DNA of 63,313 nt, counting the filler, from Basidioascus undulatus (taxonomy: Eukaryota): assembly GCA_000826855.1 (NCBI GenBank). It is 4 parts of 4 records of this genome, joined end to end, with 100 filler letters (N's around TTAATTAATTAA, not from the genome) between each part and the next. Parts side by side here need not be neighbours in the genome. Positions count along the whole stretch, not along the records: positions 47,600 to 63,313 come from JTLS01000628.1; 3 more parts are not named here. One strand, written 5' to 3'. Below are positions 48,822 through 61,541 of the stretch, piece by piece. The notes below the pieces were generated by a model that was given only the letters and a program-made list of their open reading frames with translations, did no database searches and was not told the DNA's origin. Each line of letters begins with the position of its first letter. The first letter of the stretch is position 1. The position numbers and the translations under genes are program-made.

Positions 48822-51800
48822 TGCTGGGTCGAGTGTGAGAGAGTGTAGGAGGGAATACATTCACCTGTGTGTTGAGGCGTTCTATTGAAGAAGGAGTGTT
48901 GTTCAACGCTTTGTATTCTCTCAACCCCCTAGCAAAAGTTATGAGGCGAAGGGATAGCGACAGATCCCCTACCCCTGCAAAACCACGGCGCCTGCGCGCG
49001 GGTGGGTCTTTGCGTGCGTGATGTTTTCAGTGTCGTTGAAGGGGAGAGGATAACATTCAATAATGTTTTCCCCTTGTTAAGCACTTAACTGTCGGTGTCC
49101 GGTACCTGACAGGGCACATGTCCTCCTCTCCATTCCTCGGCAAAGTGGGAGGAGCATAGGGGCCTCTGTTTGGAGCTCAAGCGGGACCTCGAGCGGAAGA
49201 CTTACGCTGAGCGAAGCGGCGCAATCGCGAGCTGGAGAAGCAAGCAGCATGTACAATGGAGTATTGGAGCACATTGAGCTGCTTCAGTCACATTTGTGGA
49301 TCTTCTGGGAGAGGAGGTGCGCCCATACCTGCACCCAGTGCCTGAGCCTGAGGTCTAGCGTTACAGTCATAGGAGGAACGCTTCTTCCTGAATCAAGTGA
49401 TGCATGTACGGTGGCCCTATCCATAGTATTGCAGAGTCTTAATGAGTTCTAGGGCTTTCTCCTTTCCTGCTCGACGCCGCAACAGCAATGCGCTTCGGCG
49501 AGGGCCCTGAATGGTCGCTGGCCCCACACCGGGGACTCCCACGGGGGTTGCGGGCCCTCACTAGGATCGAAACCTCTAGTTTGCATCCACCAGGGAGCGA
49601 GAAGCTGAACTTTTTCAAACAAATGTTCTCCCAAGGAACACGATGCTCGACCGAGCGGGAGCGACATTTGTTGCTCATATTCCGCGCTGGTCCTCCGCCT
49701 GCTTGCTCTTTCCAGACTCTTCTCTACCATGAGCTACCACGGTTTTATCTTACCCCACGTCTACAGGAACCTTGCAGTCGGGCCGGTCTGGCTCGTATGG
49801 CGCCTGTTCTGGCTCCTGCACGGCGTGTTCTTCGCGTGCTGTTCCGAATTGATGCTCCTGCTTGGCACTTCCGTGTTTTACCGTGTGTGGACCAAGCTGA
49901 TCTCTTGATCGTCAAATTAAAGCTCACAATTAAGCTCACAATATCCACACCTTCGGACTCCCAGCCCCCAAAGGAGTTAAAGCTAAATGATACAACGGAT
50001 GGACGGGAGTCAAAGACGACAAGCCATCCGTCTTCATGGCCATCTTGCTAATTGTGGGAAGTTTTGTTCGTCCTTGGTACGTCTCTTCCAAGATTACAGC
50101 ATCAGCCGCTGTGTAATAGTATGTGCTGCAGGGTTTTGATGGAACCCCGCAGATATCGCTTTCAAGTCCGCAGCTTGGCTAGACGCACTTTTCGAGCTCC
50201 TATCGCGCTTCAATTGGCGACCCCTGATGACCTGCTTGCTTGGCCGGCAAGTGAAGGCCTGCTTAATGCGTTGTCGCAAAGTCCAAGGAGTGACTGTGTA
50301 GCTGCTAATATTGTGCAGAGGTTATGAGGGTATGAGCAGACCGGGTGTGGTGGGAGATGACGGTGCAACGTACTTCCTCCTGACCATGGCAAACGCATTG
50401 GTACAGTGCAGGCATGCATCGTGCCGCCAACCTCCTGGTAGGAAGCATGGGATACCAAAGTCACAGCATAGCGATGCAGCTTCACGGGCTTGGAAGCAGA
50501 CGTCAGGCAAAGGCGCATTTCGCGATTTATCAGTGCTGGGCGCAGGTGTGGTGCAGAAGGAGGAGCGCAACAATTACATCTTCCATCCTCAGGTCGTCCT
50601 TTCCAGATTTTTTGGTTGCCAACTGCTTTAGGAAGGACATACAGTGACTTCTCAAGGCCCACGGTCAGCTTGCACAGAAAAACTCTTAAGAACTTCTTCG
50701 GCTGGTGTGTCGCTGTGCAGCGTAAGATGAAAGCCCTCTGTAATGAGAATTTTCTTTTTCTCAATAGGAAGCTGTGGAAGCGGACGATCTGAGACGGGTT
50801 CAGTCGTTGACGCTTCGTTTCTTTGTTTCCGCGATCCGCCCATACTTTCGCTCACCTCCTTGCCCTCTTCCCTCAGCCACGATTTGCGCACTGCGGTTCG
50901 TTCTGTCCTTTCTTTGCCGAAATTCCTCAACTTATTTCCCTCACATTCTTGACACGTTGGCGGCTCAAACATCTCAGTCGCTTCGTGTGCTGAGATAGCC
51001 TCGGTTTTTAATTAGCCACCCACAGTCACGCCTACTTGTATAAGGGGGCTGTTCTCTTGTGGACTATTTCGGCTTCTCGTCTGTGCTGCTGGTTTATTGG
51101 GGTCTTGAGGCGCTTTTCGAAAGGGGTTCGTCAACCATACTCATATGCGCTTGCGACGCTAACGCAACAGTCACTCAGGTACTCGAAGGTGGAAAAGAAG
51201 GCTGCTCATTGGAGTTTGTTGGCTCTTGGGCAGTGCGGTGACCACGATTCGTCACCCCACGGCGAAGCGGTTATTTGGGTGCCCCGTTTAGCCACAGGCA
51301 CTTACCTTGGCCAAAGCGAATGTAAAACAGACCTGTTTATCAAAGCTGGTGCCGGACTGATTCGGGTGTGGAACCCTTTCTCGTACGCTGCTGCCGGTTC
51401 GCCTCCCCCTGCTTCATTCCAAGCTTTTAATAACTGTACACGCAGCTGATGACCCGTGTGCAGTATGGAAGCCTCTGATTGAGTTCCTGAAATACGTCGC
51501 TCAGTAGAAGAGGGTCTGCGTGACGAAGAAGCAGCAGTGCGGCACCGTGACCTGTTTGAAGGGCACATCACTTTCCCACATGCTGAACATGACTGGTGAG
51601 GGGGGTTTGTGACCCAACAGGTTAAACAGCAACCTTGATTTTTGAAGTGGCATTATTGCCGATTGAGCACGCCACTCGCACCGAAAGACCTTCTGACGGT
51701 GAGGGCTATCAGCAAGAGCGCAACGGTTGGTTGTTCCAACGGGACATGGCATATCAGCCTCACACCGAACACTGTTCGCCGATTCAGCCTTTGCCGAACA

Positions 51801-52427
51801 TGAACCCCTCTTCAGGGCCATCCCTCTGATGTGAGAAGGTCTCCTCAGTGGTTAGAGAGTCTATCAAGTTCAGCGACAAGGAGCTGCCCATGGGTATCAA
51901 TGTGCTGCCCGCACGCCTCGGTTCGCATATACTCCACAGAGAGAGGGCATGACGCGCTTCGAAGACATGAGGAGTCTTTTGCATAACATACAGCTAGAAT
52001 TTTGATCTCCTATGGAAAGTTAGGAGCGCCGCGTTGAGTGATTACGCGACTTGGAGATTGTGCAGGGGCTGGCGCTGCGCCCCCGTAGTTGTGCGAGGTT
52101 TGCCCAGAAACGTCAGCCGTGCTTCTATCATTCAATTTATGGACAGAGAGATTGTTGGTAGTATGGAACCCCAAAACCAAAGGTAGGATAGGTCGCATTG
52201 ACTGCCGCATCACCATACACCTCGACGGTCTGAGCACTGAAATTTCGACTCGCAAGGTTTCATGCACTGCTGACTATCAATTGCTGAGCGCGCTCCCCCA
52301 CTTCTTCCAGCTCGGCTTCAAACACCGCCATCACAGTCAGCTCGAACGCTGCAAGCATCCAAGGTAGCCCAAGGTCAGCTGGTACTCGGCATTTGCACAC
52401 TTCACATTACAGCGCTCACCGAAAGCG

Positions 52428-53316
52428 TCAGCAGTCGCCCTCATTCCTGCCTTCGTCCCCCCTGATCATGCACGGGAAATTGCGCTTGAACACCGCCTTC
52501 TGCATTGCCCGACTCTGGATACGCGCGCAGACGCTGGGCACCCTCCTCCACATGACGGCCACCGTCGCAGGCTCGGGCGTGCGGATGGGTGGGAGCGGAG
52601 GCGGCTCCTCCGGAAGAGAACACAAGGAGGGTAGAGCGCTGTAGCTGGGGCTGCACAGGTCTATCATACGTAGCTTGTGGACGACCGAGGCGCCAATATG
52701 CTGCACGTCCGTCTCGGAAAGACGGCTGGTGCCTCGCCGAAGTAACGCAACGTATGCCTTCTCGAGTCAGTCCGGGACGGCATGCTCCTGCGCGATGGCA
52801 GCGATTTCAAACGGCTCGGTCCCAAGAGCTCCCTCGAGGTGCAGGTCTCCTTACTGGGTGATGGCGTACTCCCGCAGGCAAGAGGCCTCGTACAGCGCTG
52901 CGAGGCTGAGTGCATCGAGGAGCTGGCCCGCGGATAGCGTCGCCGGCTCTGGAATACTTCTTCCTGTCAGCTGCGCTAGTTTAGGTGGCACCTCGGCAGA
53001 ACCCACAATTTGCGCAGTACAGATACGAAAGCCTCGAATACGGCAGCTTCAACACCGGCTACGACGATGGGGTGATCGTTGGACTGGCCCTCCCCTTGCA
53101 CGCCCGGCATCTCAAACAGGTGTAGGAAGAACCGGAATTCTGACCATAGTCTTTCCCGAGGGATTTGGAAGAGTGTGTCCACATCCTACAGACCATGTAA
53201 GTATCAGGATGTTGGTGATGGAGACGACGAAAGCAGGCACTCACACGGAACACGACGCTCACCGTTAGAGCATCACGATCAGCCCGAGGCCCCTTGCTGA
53301 TATGCGTGGATTCCAT
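52428..53316 (-). pseudogene. BTB/POZ-domain pseudogene, copy A
   Basis: VVFR|VDTLFQIPR..FFLHLFEMP..EGQSNDHPIVVAGVEAAVFEAFV; LAALYE; stops TAA (52851-52853) and TGA (52767-52769). Confidence 0.8.
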
Positions 53317-53882
53317 AACGCTTTTGAGGTTAAGAGGGGTGATGGAAGGGCGGATCAGTGGGTTGCTGTGAATGGCATGACGAAACTTTAGAACCCGCCT
53401 TGCCGCACCGCCAAGCGGACCACGCATGTATTCCGAATTTCAATGGTCAAAATTTCGACTTGGAATAAACTATAATATTCCAGGTAACTTTCTAAAGAGG
53501 CAGAAACTCTCTCAACGATGTATATCGTACTCTGTCATGACCGTGGGCAGTGAGCGGCTCCTTCATAAAGCAGGTTGACGACGAGCAGAGATACAATAAA
53601 ACAATGAGTGCCCTGTCTGACATCAGACGACGGAGTCCCTGACGGCTAGAATCTCATTACGTTCATTCTAAAATCCGGCTTAAGGGCCCAAAGAAGTGTT
53701 GCACAGTTGGCTCGCCCGTTGAACGAAGACATCAAGGTGCCCCTGTCGCAGAGCGATGTGGGTGCAGGAGGAACAGACGCAGCCACTGGTCCTCATTGTT
53801 GGACTTCAAGTTCATTTCATTAGAATAAATATGAGGTTTGGGACACCTAGAGTGAAGATGAAGAAGTCGGGAAAGCTGAAGT

Positions 53883-54712
53883 TTGATGCCGAGGTTCATC
53901 CGTCTTAGTCCCTCCCTCACAGCTTACCACCAAGGAACCACTTTTATTCATCAGCATGCCCATGGACATTTATTCCCTTCACAGCTATACAGACAAACCG
54001 TCGTTTTCCGCGTGAGCACCTACCTTCGCCGTTGCTCTCTCGTAACGGCGATCCTGAACACCTCGATTGTGCGCAGGTCGAGAACACCCTCTTCCGAGAT
54101 ACTCACCATACGCTATGTAGCGCCTCCCCCTTCTTCCAGCACATGTTCGGGATTCAGGGCGCCCAAGAAGAGGGACGAACGGATGACCACCCATTGTCGT
54201 CGCCGGGGCCGAGGCGGCTGTGTATGGGGCTTTCGTGCCCGCACTTTTACACGCGAGTGCTGCTGAGATGCCCCGGAGGACTTGATCTGAGGTTTCAGAA
54301 AAAATTTAGGTGTCAAGACCCGCCGTACTTGTCTGCAAGCCAGCTGCTGGACGCCCTCCGCCTCGCTGCGCTGTACGAGGTCCCCCGCCGGCGGCAGTAC
54401 GTGATCAAGCAGTACAGCAACCTGCACCTCGAGCACGCGCTGGGGACCGGACCAGTGCAGGTTGCGGCGATAGCTGAGGATCATGCGGTCCCAGAGTGGC
54501 TCGAGCGAGCGTACGTCGCGATACTTCGGCGAGGCACCAGCCGACTCTCCGATGCAGACGTGCATCGCCTCGGCGCGTCCGTCGTCCGCAAGCTGCGGGG
54601 GCGGGGGAGGCGGACCCTCAAGGCTCCGGATCCCTTCCCCAAGGGTTCTGTCTCCCATACCAGACTCCTCGGCTGCAGCGCGAGGGTGGAAGTGTACATG
54701 GAAGCGTTGTAG
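53883..54712 (+). pseudogene. BTB/POZ-domain pseudogene, copy B (inverted paralog of copy A)
   Basis: TVVFR|VENTLF..SPFFQHMF..EGRTDDHP, 1-nt deletion near 54191, then LLDALRLAALYE..AVPEWLERAYVAILRRGTSRLS. Confidence 0.8.
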
Positions 54713-55330
54713 TCGGTGTGTGGGGCGTCCGAGTATCCTCGAACCGTAGCGGTCTTGCAACCCCGGTACGGAGGGAGTTGAAAGTCAGCAGGACGAGACA
54801 GACACAGCCAGTCAGCGTGCACCGTGACGCACCGAAGATAAGCACGCGATGCCCCGCCGCCGCGAGCGCTGGGCCAACATCCTTCCAAAACACGGAAGGT
54901 ACGGAGTACCTATGAACAAGGACCACCTTTCGCAACACGTTTCAGCTCTCGTCCTCGCCTACATAATACACGCCACGCGGGAGATTGTTGCGTCTAGCGA
55001 GTGCACCTTCTTCCCCTCCTCAGGCCCGAAGAGCCAGTACTGGACCCGACCATACGGGAGCTTCACCTCCGTGTCTCCTTCAAACAGATCGACCGGGTAC
55101 AATGCGTCCGAGCTTTGACGAGCTCTGGGTCGGTGAGCGAGCCGAGGCCCGGGTGGATGGCGGGGCTTTGCTTGGGAGGAGGGCCGGCGACGAGGCGGGC
55201 GCGGGTAAGTGTGGCGTAGGCTGCGTAGGCGGCTCCCCCGAGGGAGACGGCAGATGCGAGGATTCTGGTTGAGGGGAAAGAAGACGTGAGACGGAGTAGA
55301 AACTTGTCGGACAGTAGAGGGTATTGAAAT
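54620..55330 (-). pseudogene. Truncated alpha/beta-hydrolase gene
   Basis: LPYGRVQYWLFGPEEGKK|VVLVHRYSVPSVFWKDV..LAAAGHRVLIF..RGYSDAP; HG appears changed to HR; no GxSxG or C-terminal half. Confidence 0.7.
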
Positions 55331-55887
55331 GACGGATGTCTGAGGGGTCAGGTATTTGACATGACGAATCTCGGATGCGATGTGCGAAGGGTGTCGAGCT
55401 GTGATGGAGTTGAGAGCAAAAGAGGGGAAAGCAGGACAGCCAGCCGGGTCAAGGCGCAAGGACTTGCAGCACGCGATTGCAGCACGCGATACCTGTCTTC
55501 TCAGTCAGCAGTGACAGCGGCACTGTAATCGTCCATAGGTACTTGCGCGCGTATTTTCAGCGAGTCATTGTGGGCTTTATCATTTGTGTGAACGGAAGGT
55601 CTGACGTGGGTCCAGGGTCGAGAGCGGATGCGATGCTGGTTAGTTACGTCGTAGAAAGGCCGCGTTCGCAGTTGCGAAGCCTTGTGGAAACCCCAGGCCC
55701 CAGAACAGAAGGGGATCCTCCATATCTGCACTCACAATGGGCAGCCGGAGCTCGACAACGTCATTAGCTGGCTAAGAGGTCTCCTCACACATGCACATTG
55801 CACGCTGCAGCATGGGCGCAGCGCAACGCCCTCCCATACAAGCCCCAAAGCAAGCAAGTGCAGCAAAGATCACTGAATCCACACATC

Positions 55888-56907
55888 TCAACCCATGCTC
55901 ATCATCTCCCCCCTCTTCTCAAACCCCTCCGCCTTCCCACTCTCCCTCTCCACCTCCATCCCCGCCTCGCCCTCCTTCGCCGCCGCCGTCCGCTCCAGCG
56001 CCGCATACACGGGGGCCTTCCCCTTCTGGGACACGATCACGCGCTCCTTGTCCTCCGCGAATATCCGGACCATCCGCAGCTGCGGGAGGTAGTTCGGGTC
56101 GAGGCCGGCCGAACCGTCCTCCTCCGCCTCCTCCACCTCCTCCTCCTCGTCCTCCATCACGGACGCTGTCTCCTCGTCGGCGGCGGACGAGGGGCCCGCG
56201 CGCGGATGGACGGACGCGTGCGTCTTCCCTCGGGAGCGCTTGGAAGTTTTCCGGGCGCTCGGGAAGGCGAGGAAGAGCGAGAAGGTCGTGGGGTCCGTCA
56301 GGTCCGGCATCTCTGTACAGGCCGACCGAACAATCAGTCGCCCCTCACCTTCCTCTCCAGAGCACCTCAGACTCACCGAAACCACTTTTATACTCTCCAG
56401 TGTCCCGCTCAACGCGCATCTCGATCTCAGCCTCCCGCGCGCCCTTCCCCGTGCGCCGCTTGAGCTTTCGATCGCGCTCCTCGCGCTCTGAGCGCAACGC
56501 GGACAGCTCGGCGTCTTCGCGCTCGATAAAGGATTGCACGAGGTTGTGGAGTTCGGGAAGGGTAATGGAGGAGGGCAGGGGCGGGGGGAGGTTCGCGATG
56601 GAGGAAGCGAGGTGGTGGTGCCTAGCCACTGGGGAACCGCCGAGGGGAGAGCGCTGAGCGTTTGTGGAGAGAATGTGGACGATGACTGGACGTACTGGTA
56701 CCGAGTGCACTCGCCTGGCGCAGGCGCTTCTCGCGCTCAAGCTTGGACAGCCGGAGCGAGATGCGGTCGAGCTGACCGGCCTTGCGCGAGCCTGGGTGCA
56801 GGTTCGACCGGTTCTTGATGGTTTTGAGTGTATTGTGCTTGCCCCTGGGGAACGGATATACAGAATCAGATACGCTTCTGCGTGTTTCTCTCTCGAAGCA
56901 CGTACAT
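55888..56907 (-). CDS. TMA16: Translation machinery-associated protein 16
   Basis: MGKHNTLKTIK..LHPGSRKAGQLDR, ELHNLVQSFIEREDAEL, EYKSGFEMPDLT, YLPQLRMVRI; start codon split by intron 56905-56845. Confidence 0.85.
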
Positions 56908-57433
56908 ATTGAATGAGGACCTGAGACGAGGATAAGGAGACGTGAGAAGGCCAAGGGCAAGGGGGCAAGATTTCCCAGGCAATTTGGCATCACGTGCCTG
57001 CGAGCAGCAGATGAGTGCCGAGCAGGTGGTACACCAAGTCAATTTGTATCGTACTCATCATCCATCGCAAGTGTCGGTAAGAGCATTTATAAAGCTGTGA
57101 TGGTATAACATTGGTGACTCATGTGCATGGGAAGGCCTTTGCGGACGCGAAGAGCGTGCAGCGTCGTTCCAAATATCCCACCGCGCGCGCACACACACGG
57201 TGCCAAGTAAAGCAGCGAAGATAATACGCATGTAGATGTTGTAGAGTAAGCGTAGTGATGTACGGTGTATTCAAGGTAAGCGCGTGCGCAGGAGCTCGCC
57301 ACTCCCCCAACCACCCCTTCCCGCGCACCCCCTCCCACGCCCCCAGCCCGACCGGCAAGTCCCGCCTGCCCCAGCGCAGCCCAGCACCCTACCCGGCCCC
57401 GACGCTCGTCCCGAACGCCCAGAGCGCGGCGCC

Positions 57434-59113
57434 TCACACCTCCCGGTCCCGGAACATGACGACCCTGCTCACACAACCCGCGGGTCAGCAACATGCCCGT
57501 CGCCTGGAAGACGGGAAAGTGAAGGAGTGAAAGACGCACTTGAAGAACTCATAGCTCAGCCAGCAGAGCGCGTTGCTCGGCATGTGAGTCATTACTCTGG
57601 GTGCCCACCCGCGCGTGAAGCCCTTGAGGCCCTGGCGCTCCCAGATGATGCGCGCGGCGTCGGTCATGCCGCTCGCGTTGCGGATGCGCGGGTCGGGCGA
57701 GTCCCCGCGCGTCTGCAGCAGCGTCTTGCACACGTCCAGCGGCGTCGTCACGCCCGCCGCGACGGCGCCCGCGGCGCCGCCGGCGATCGCGTGCGAGAGC
57801 GGCGAGTAGACGTTGGACGGGTTCAACAGGCGCTTGATATACTCGTACGTCGAGAATTGCACGGCGGTGAAGGGGACGGTCATGGTGCTGTGAACGAGCG
57901 GAGCACACGCGGTCAGTCTCGCGCTGGGAGGAACGGTGCGGGATGTGATGAGGACCGGGACGCACAGGGTGGTAGGATAAGATACATAGAAGGCGGATAA
58001 TCCCTCAGTCCGGTATATAGTGGCCGCGCACTCGCGCACGGTCCGAAACTTGGAGCCCTCCACTTGCATTCGTTGTTTGACCACTGTGTGCGAGCGAGGC
58101 CAATCGAGTGAGCGGAGGAAAATGGGCGGAGGAGTGGAGAGGCGGTGATTAAACGCAATAGGAAAGGTCAGGAATGGGACTTACCATCGAAAGGATTCAT
58201 TAGGGCGTCGGAGGCGATTGTTGCAGATGCGCCGGCGATGGCTGGAAGATGGGGAGAAGACGCGGATGGTGGTGGGTCAGCGGGTGTGGGCGAGCAAGGG
58301 AAATTTGTGCGCTTCGAAGTGGTCATCGGTCCCAGCAAAGTGCTCTCCCCACTCACTGCCCACAGTTCTCCCACTCCGGCGCTAGAGCTGGCGCGCCCTC
58401 TCCCATCCCCTCCAGCGTCTTCTTCGCAGACCGAGCACGCCCATCCCCCGCATTCCTGCCTCCCAAGCGAAAAATCTCTCCGCGACTCACCAGTGCTACC
58501 GACCCTCAAGCCCCCCTCATTCCCACCCGTCGCCTCCTTCACCGCCTCATACACCCCGAAGTACACGGCGTGCGCGGGACCCGCGCCGAGGATCACGGAG
58601 GACACTCCGCGCCAGAGCGAGCGCAGGCCCTCGGTCGAGGAGACGCGCGAGAAGGCCTGCATAACGCCGGTGTACGCTGCTGAGGTTGGGGAGGTTTGCA
58701 GAACTTGCATGCGGGTCTGCGGGGCGGGGCGGAGGGAAAGGGATGGGTGAGTCGGTGGGTGGGGCGGGTTGGGCTGATCGCAAGCCCCATTCGAGCGGGA
58801 TGGGAACCAGAACAGATGGTGCTAGATATGATTGTATGAATCGGCTGCACACCCACTCACCTTGATAGAATCGACAGGGTAAATGAGCGCGTGCTCGGAA
58901 ATGCCCGCGAGCGCGCCCGCGAGGGCGTTCACGCTCAGCGGCGTGTTCTCCGGGAGGGCCTCGTAGTCGGGCTCCTCGTCGAGCAGGACCGGCAGGGCCT
59001 CGGGGGGTGGCTGTTGCACAAATTACAAATCCAAGCAAAGGATCAGCGTTCCGGACCCAGGAAAAACTTGAGTGCAAAAAGCGGCAAGAGGGACGCACGG
59101 AGGCAAGGGACAT
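57434..59113 (-). CDS. Mitoferrin, mitochondrial iron carrier (MRS3/MRS4 family)
   Basis: DYEALP, AGISEHALIYPVDSIKTRMQ, LWRGVSSVILGAGPAHAVYF, DALMNPFD, AFYVSYPTTL, TTPLDVCKTLLQTRG, WLSYEFFK. Confidence 0.95.
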
Positions 59114-59893
59114 GGTTCAGTGTCGGAAAAAAGGAAGCGGAAAGGAAGGAATTGGGTCAGAAGAAGCAAGAGAGTAAGCCGATGCGGAGGAGGAGGCTGG
59201 AGAAAAGGGAGAGTAGAAGCGCCCTGTGCGAAGGGCGAGCAGCGAAGGAAGACGAGGAGAGCAGAGCCGCGCAGAGGCGCTAGGCTGGGCGAAGCGAGAT
59301 CGATTCGGTGGAGGCTTCTCAGTCCAGATTTCAACGTCAATTGGATCCGCGGAGTGACAGATGAGGTCGGTAGACTCGCTTGGCGGGGAGAGCGTCCTTC
59401 GACTGGGATGAGGAGGAGAAGGAGGAGCTGGTGCGCTGAAAAAAACCCGGTGCGTCGTTTTCTTGCCGGAGCTCCAGCGGCGATGCGCAATCAGATTGAG
59501 ATTGGCTTCACGTGTACGCCCTTCTCCGCGGAAGGGACGGAAAGCTCGGCGGCGCACGGGTGGAAACTTGCAGCTTTGCAACGCTGCGTCTTCGAATCGC
59601 TTTTGAAGGCTTATCGGCCGCTGTATTACATCTGCTCTTTCGCGGATATCACAAGAATATTTCACCCTTAAGACGGCCCCGCTGCGCTCCTCTCACTCAG
59701 CAACTTCTGCCACCGGAAGCCCCACCGGTGAGGCCGGCCCAGATGCGGATGAGAAGACATGGAGGGGAAGGAGGCCGAGGACGGCGCCCAGCCGAAGATC
59801 TCCGCTCTGCACGCTGAGAGGTTGACGAGCACCGTTGCGGTATTTTGATGCATGAATGGGCAAGGGTACGGAGACTGATCAAGACAGTGTCAA

Positions 59894-61400
59894 TCACTGA
59901 GATCGGGTAGGTGCCCGATAAGATAACGGGTTGTCAGGGGCAGGGTTGCAGCACGCCATCGAAAGGGTGACCGGCGAAACACAATTTGCGACAAAATTCG
60001 ACGATCCCTTCCAATGGTCCACCACGAAGACTACTAATGCGGGTGACGATCTGAAAAAGGAGACGTTTGATAGTAATACTCTGGCCGTCCCTTCATGGAA
60101 GCACTTGAAGACATGCTGTTCCCGCTCGGGAGCTGCCGCACATGAATCCAAGGAAGACAGTGTATGGAAATATCTTGTCCGTCGTACGGAAACCTTTGTA
60201 AGTTGGTGAAACCTTGTTTTCAGATACACAGGTGATCCACTGCAACCATCCATACACAGAAGATACACTACAAGCTTCACCAAACTCACTTGCAGCATAA
60301 GGAAAGAAGAACTAAAGAACTGCAGCACTGAGGATTCAAGAGACTTAAGGCATAAATGAATGAAGGGTCAAAAGAATGGAAGATGCCAAGGTATTTCTGG
60401 AAAACTGATGAATTGAAGGCTTGAGTGTGAAGTGAAGAGCTGAGGGTTGATGAGCTGATAAGCTGAAGAGCTGAAAGGATCTGATTTGCGGGAATGAAGC
60501 TATGGTTTTCACAGGCTGTTCTTGCTGAGACTGGCTGCTACCGGCTGTCTGCTACCAACTGTCCATCACCAGACTATCCTTCACTAGATTGTCTTGCCAG
60601 GGACTGTCCTACTGCAGACCTCGTGCCCAAGCACTGCTTGTTTTGAGACTGCTGTTCTTTTCAATGCTGTCCTTCCCTTGACTACTGTAGTTTCTGTCTT
60701 TCCACGGATGATGTTTTCTCTGACTATCCTATTCTGTCTAACATGTCAGGGAGGTGTCCAACATGTCAAAGTGGCATCCAACATGTTATCCAACATGCTG
60801 TCCAACATGTTGTCCAACATTGCATCAACACGTCAGGGGGCTGTCCAACATGCCATCCAACATGCCATCCAACATGTCAGAGGGTGACCCAACATGTTGT
60901 CCATCATGTCTCATGATCATCCAACATTCTCTGTGTTTAGAAAGCAAGGACATTGGTCAGCAACATACTGAAGTAACTCAAAGAATGTTTCAAAGAAGAC
61001 TTTTAGCAGATTATTGACATAGCACAGCTTGCTCTGTTCATTTCATTGCTGTAAGCAGCTCCAAATTGTCGAGATTATATTGAATTTTAGCTCTGAAACA
61101 TTAAGTTTATGCATCCAATAAAACACTTTTGTTTTCACCAAGAAATGTATGTGTTCTACGGGACTGTGTTTACCAGCCTCAGTCTTCCAGATGTGATGCC
61201 AGATATATCACTAGGGGAAATGAGATTAGTTTTAGCTGATATGTAAACACCGAGGTGTGGTATAAGTGTGAGGTAAGTACGGGTGACAAAAGCGAGTGAT
61301 GGGTTGGGTAGCAAGGTGTGCAGCTCACACTGGCGAGCAATCCCATAGGATCAAGCCCCCAATGGACAAATCTAATTTTCAAAGACCTTTGAGAGCAGTT
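59894..61400 (-). mobile_element. CpG-depleted DNA transposon relic, possibly hAT-like
   Basis: No CG seen over about 60190-60488; SPVY..HVFKC..GSSNFVANC loosely resembles a fungal hAT BED-finger region; adjacent short repeat array. Family and boundaries tentative. Confidence 0.45.
60735..60927. repeat. About 13 TCCAACATG-type units, mostly at 12 or 20 bp spacing
   Basis: Units at about 60737, 60757, 60777, 60789, 60801, 60813, 60826, 60844, 60856, 60868, 60888, 60900 and 60920. Confidence 0.9.
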
Positions 61401-61541
61401 TAAATAGTTCAATGTCGTCTACAGAGGGTTGCTGGAAACGGTCAAGATAGCGATGGCACAGAAGGGTGTATGTGGGGTTTAAAATTTGGTTCACTGAAAA
61501 TCGCGCGTCTGGCCCTCTCTTCGTCCTGCCTCCCACGTTCG

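Noticed and set aside
52767..52853. Stop-codon recoding (TGA as Trp) in BTB copy A
   Set aside because: The same gene also has a TAA, intact genes here end in TGA, and both stops are single-base changes from the paralog's codons.
60735..60927. CRISPR-like array
   Set aside because: Units are 9-12 bp with no unique spacers, there are no cas genes, and the context is eukaryotic.
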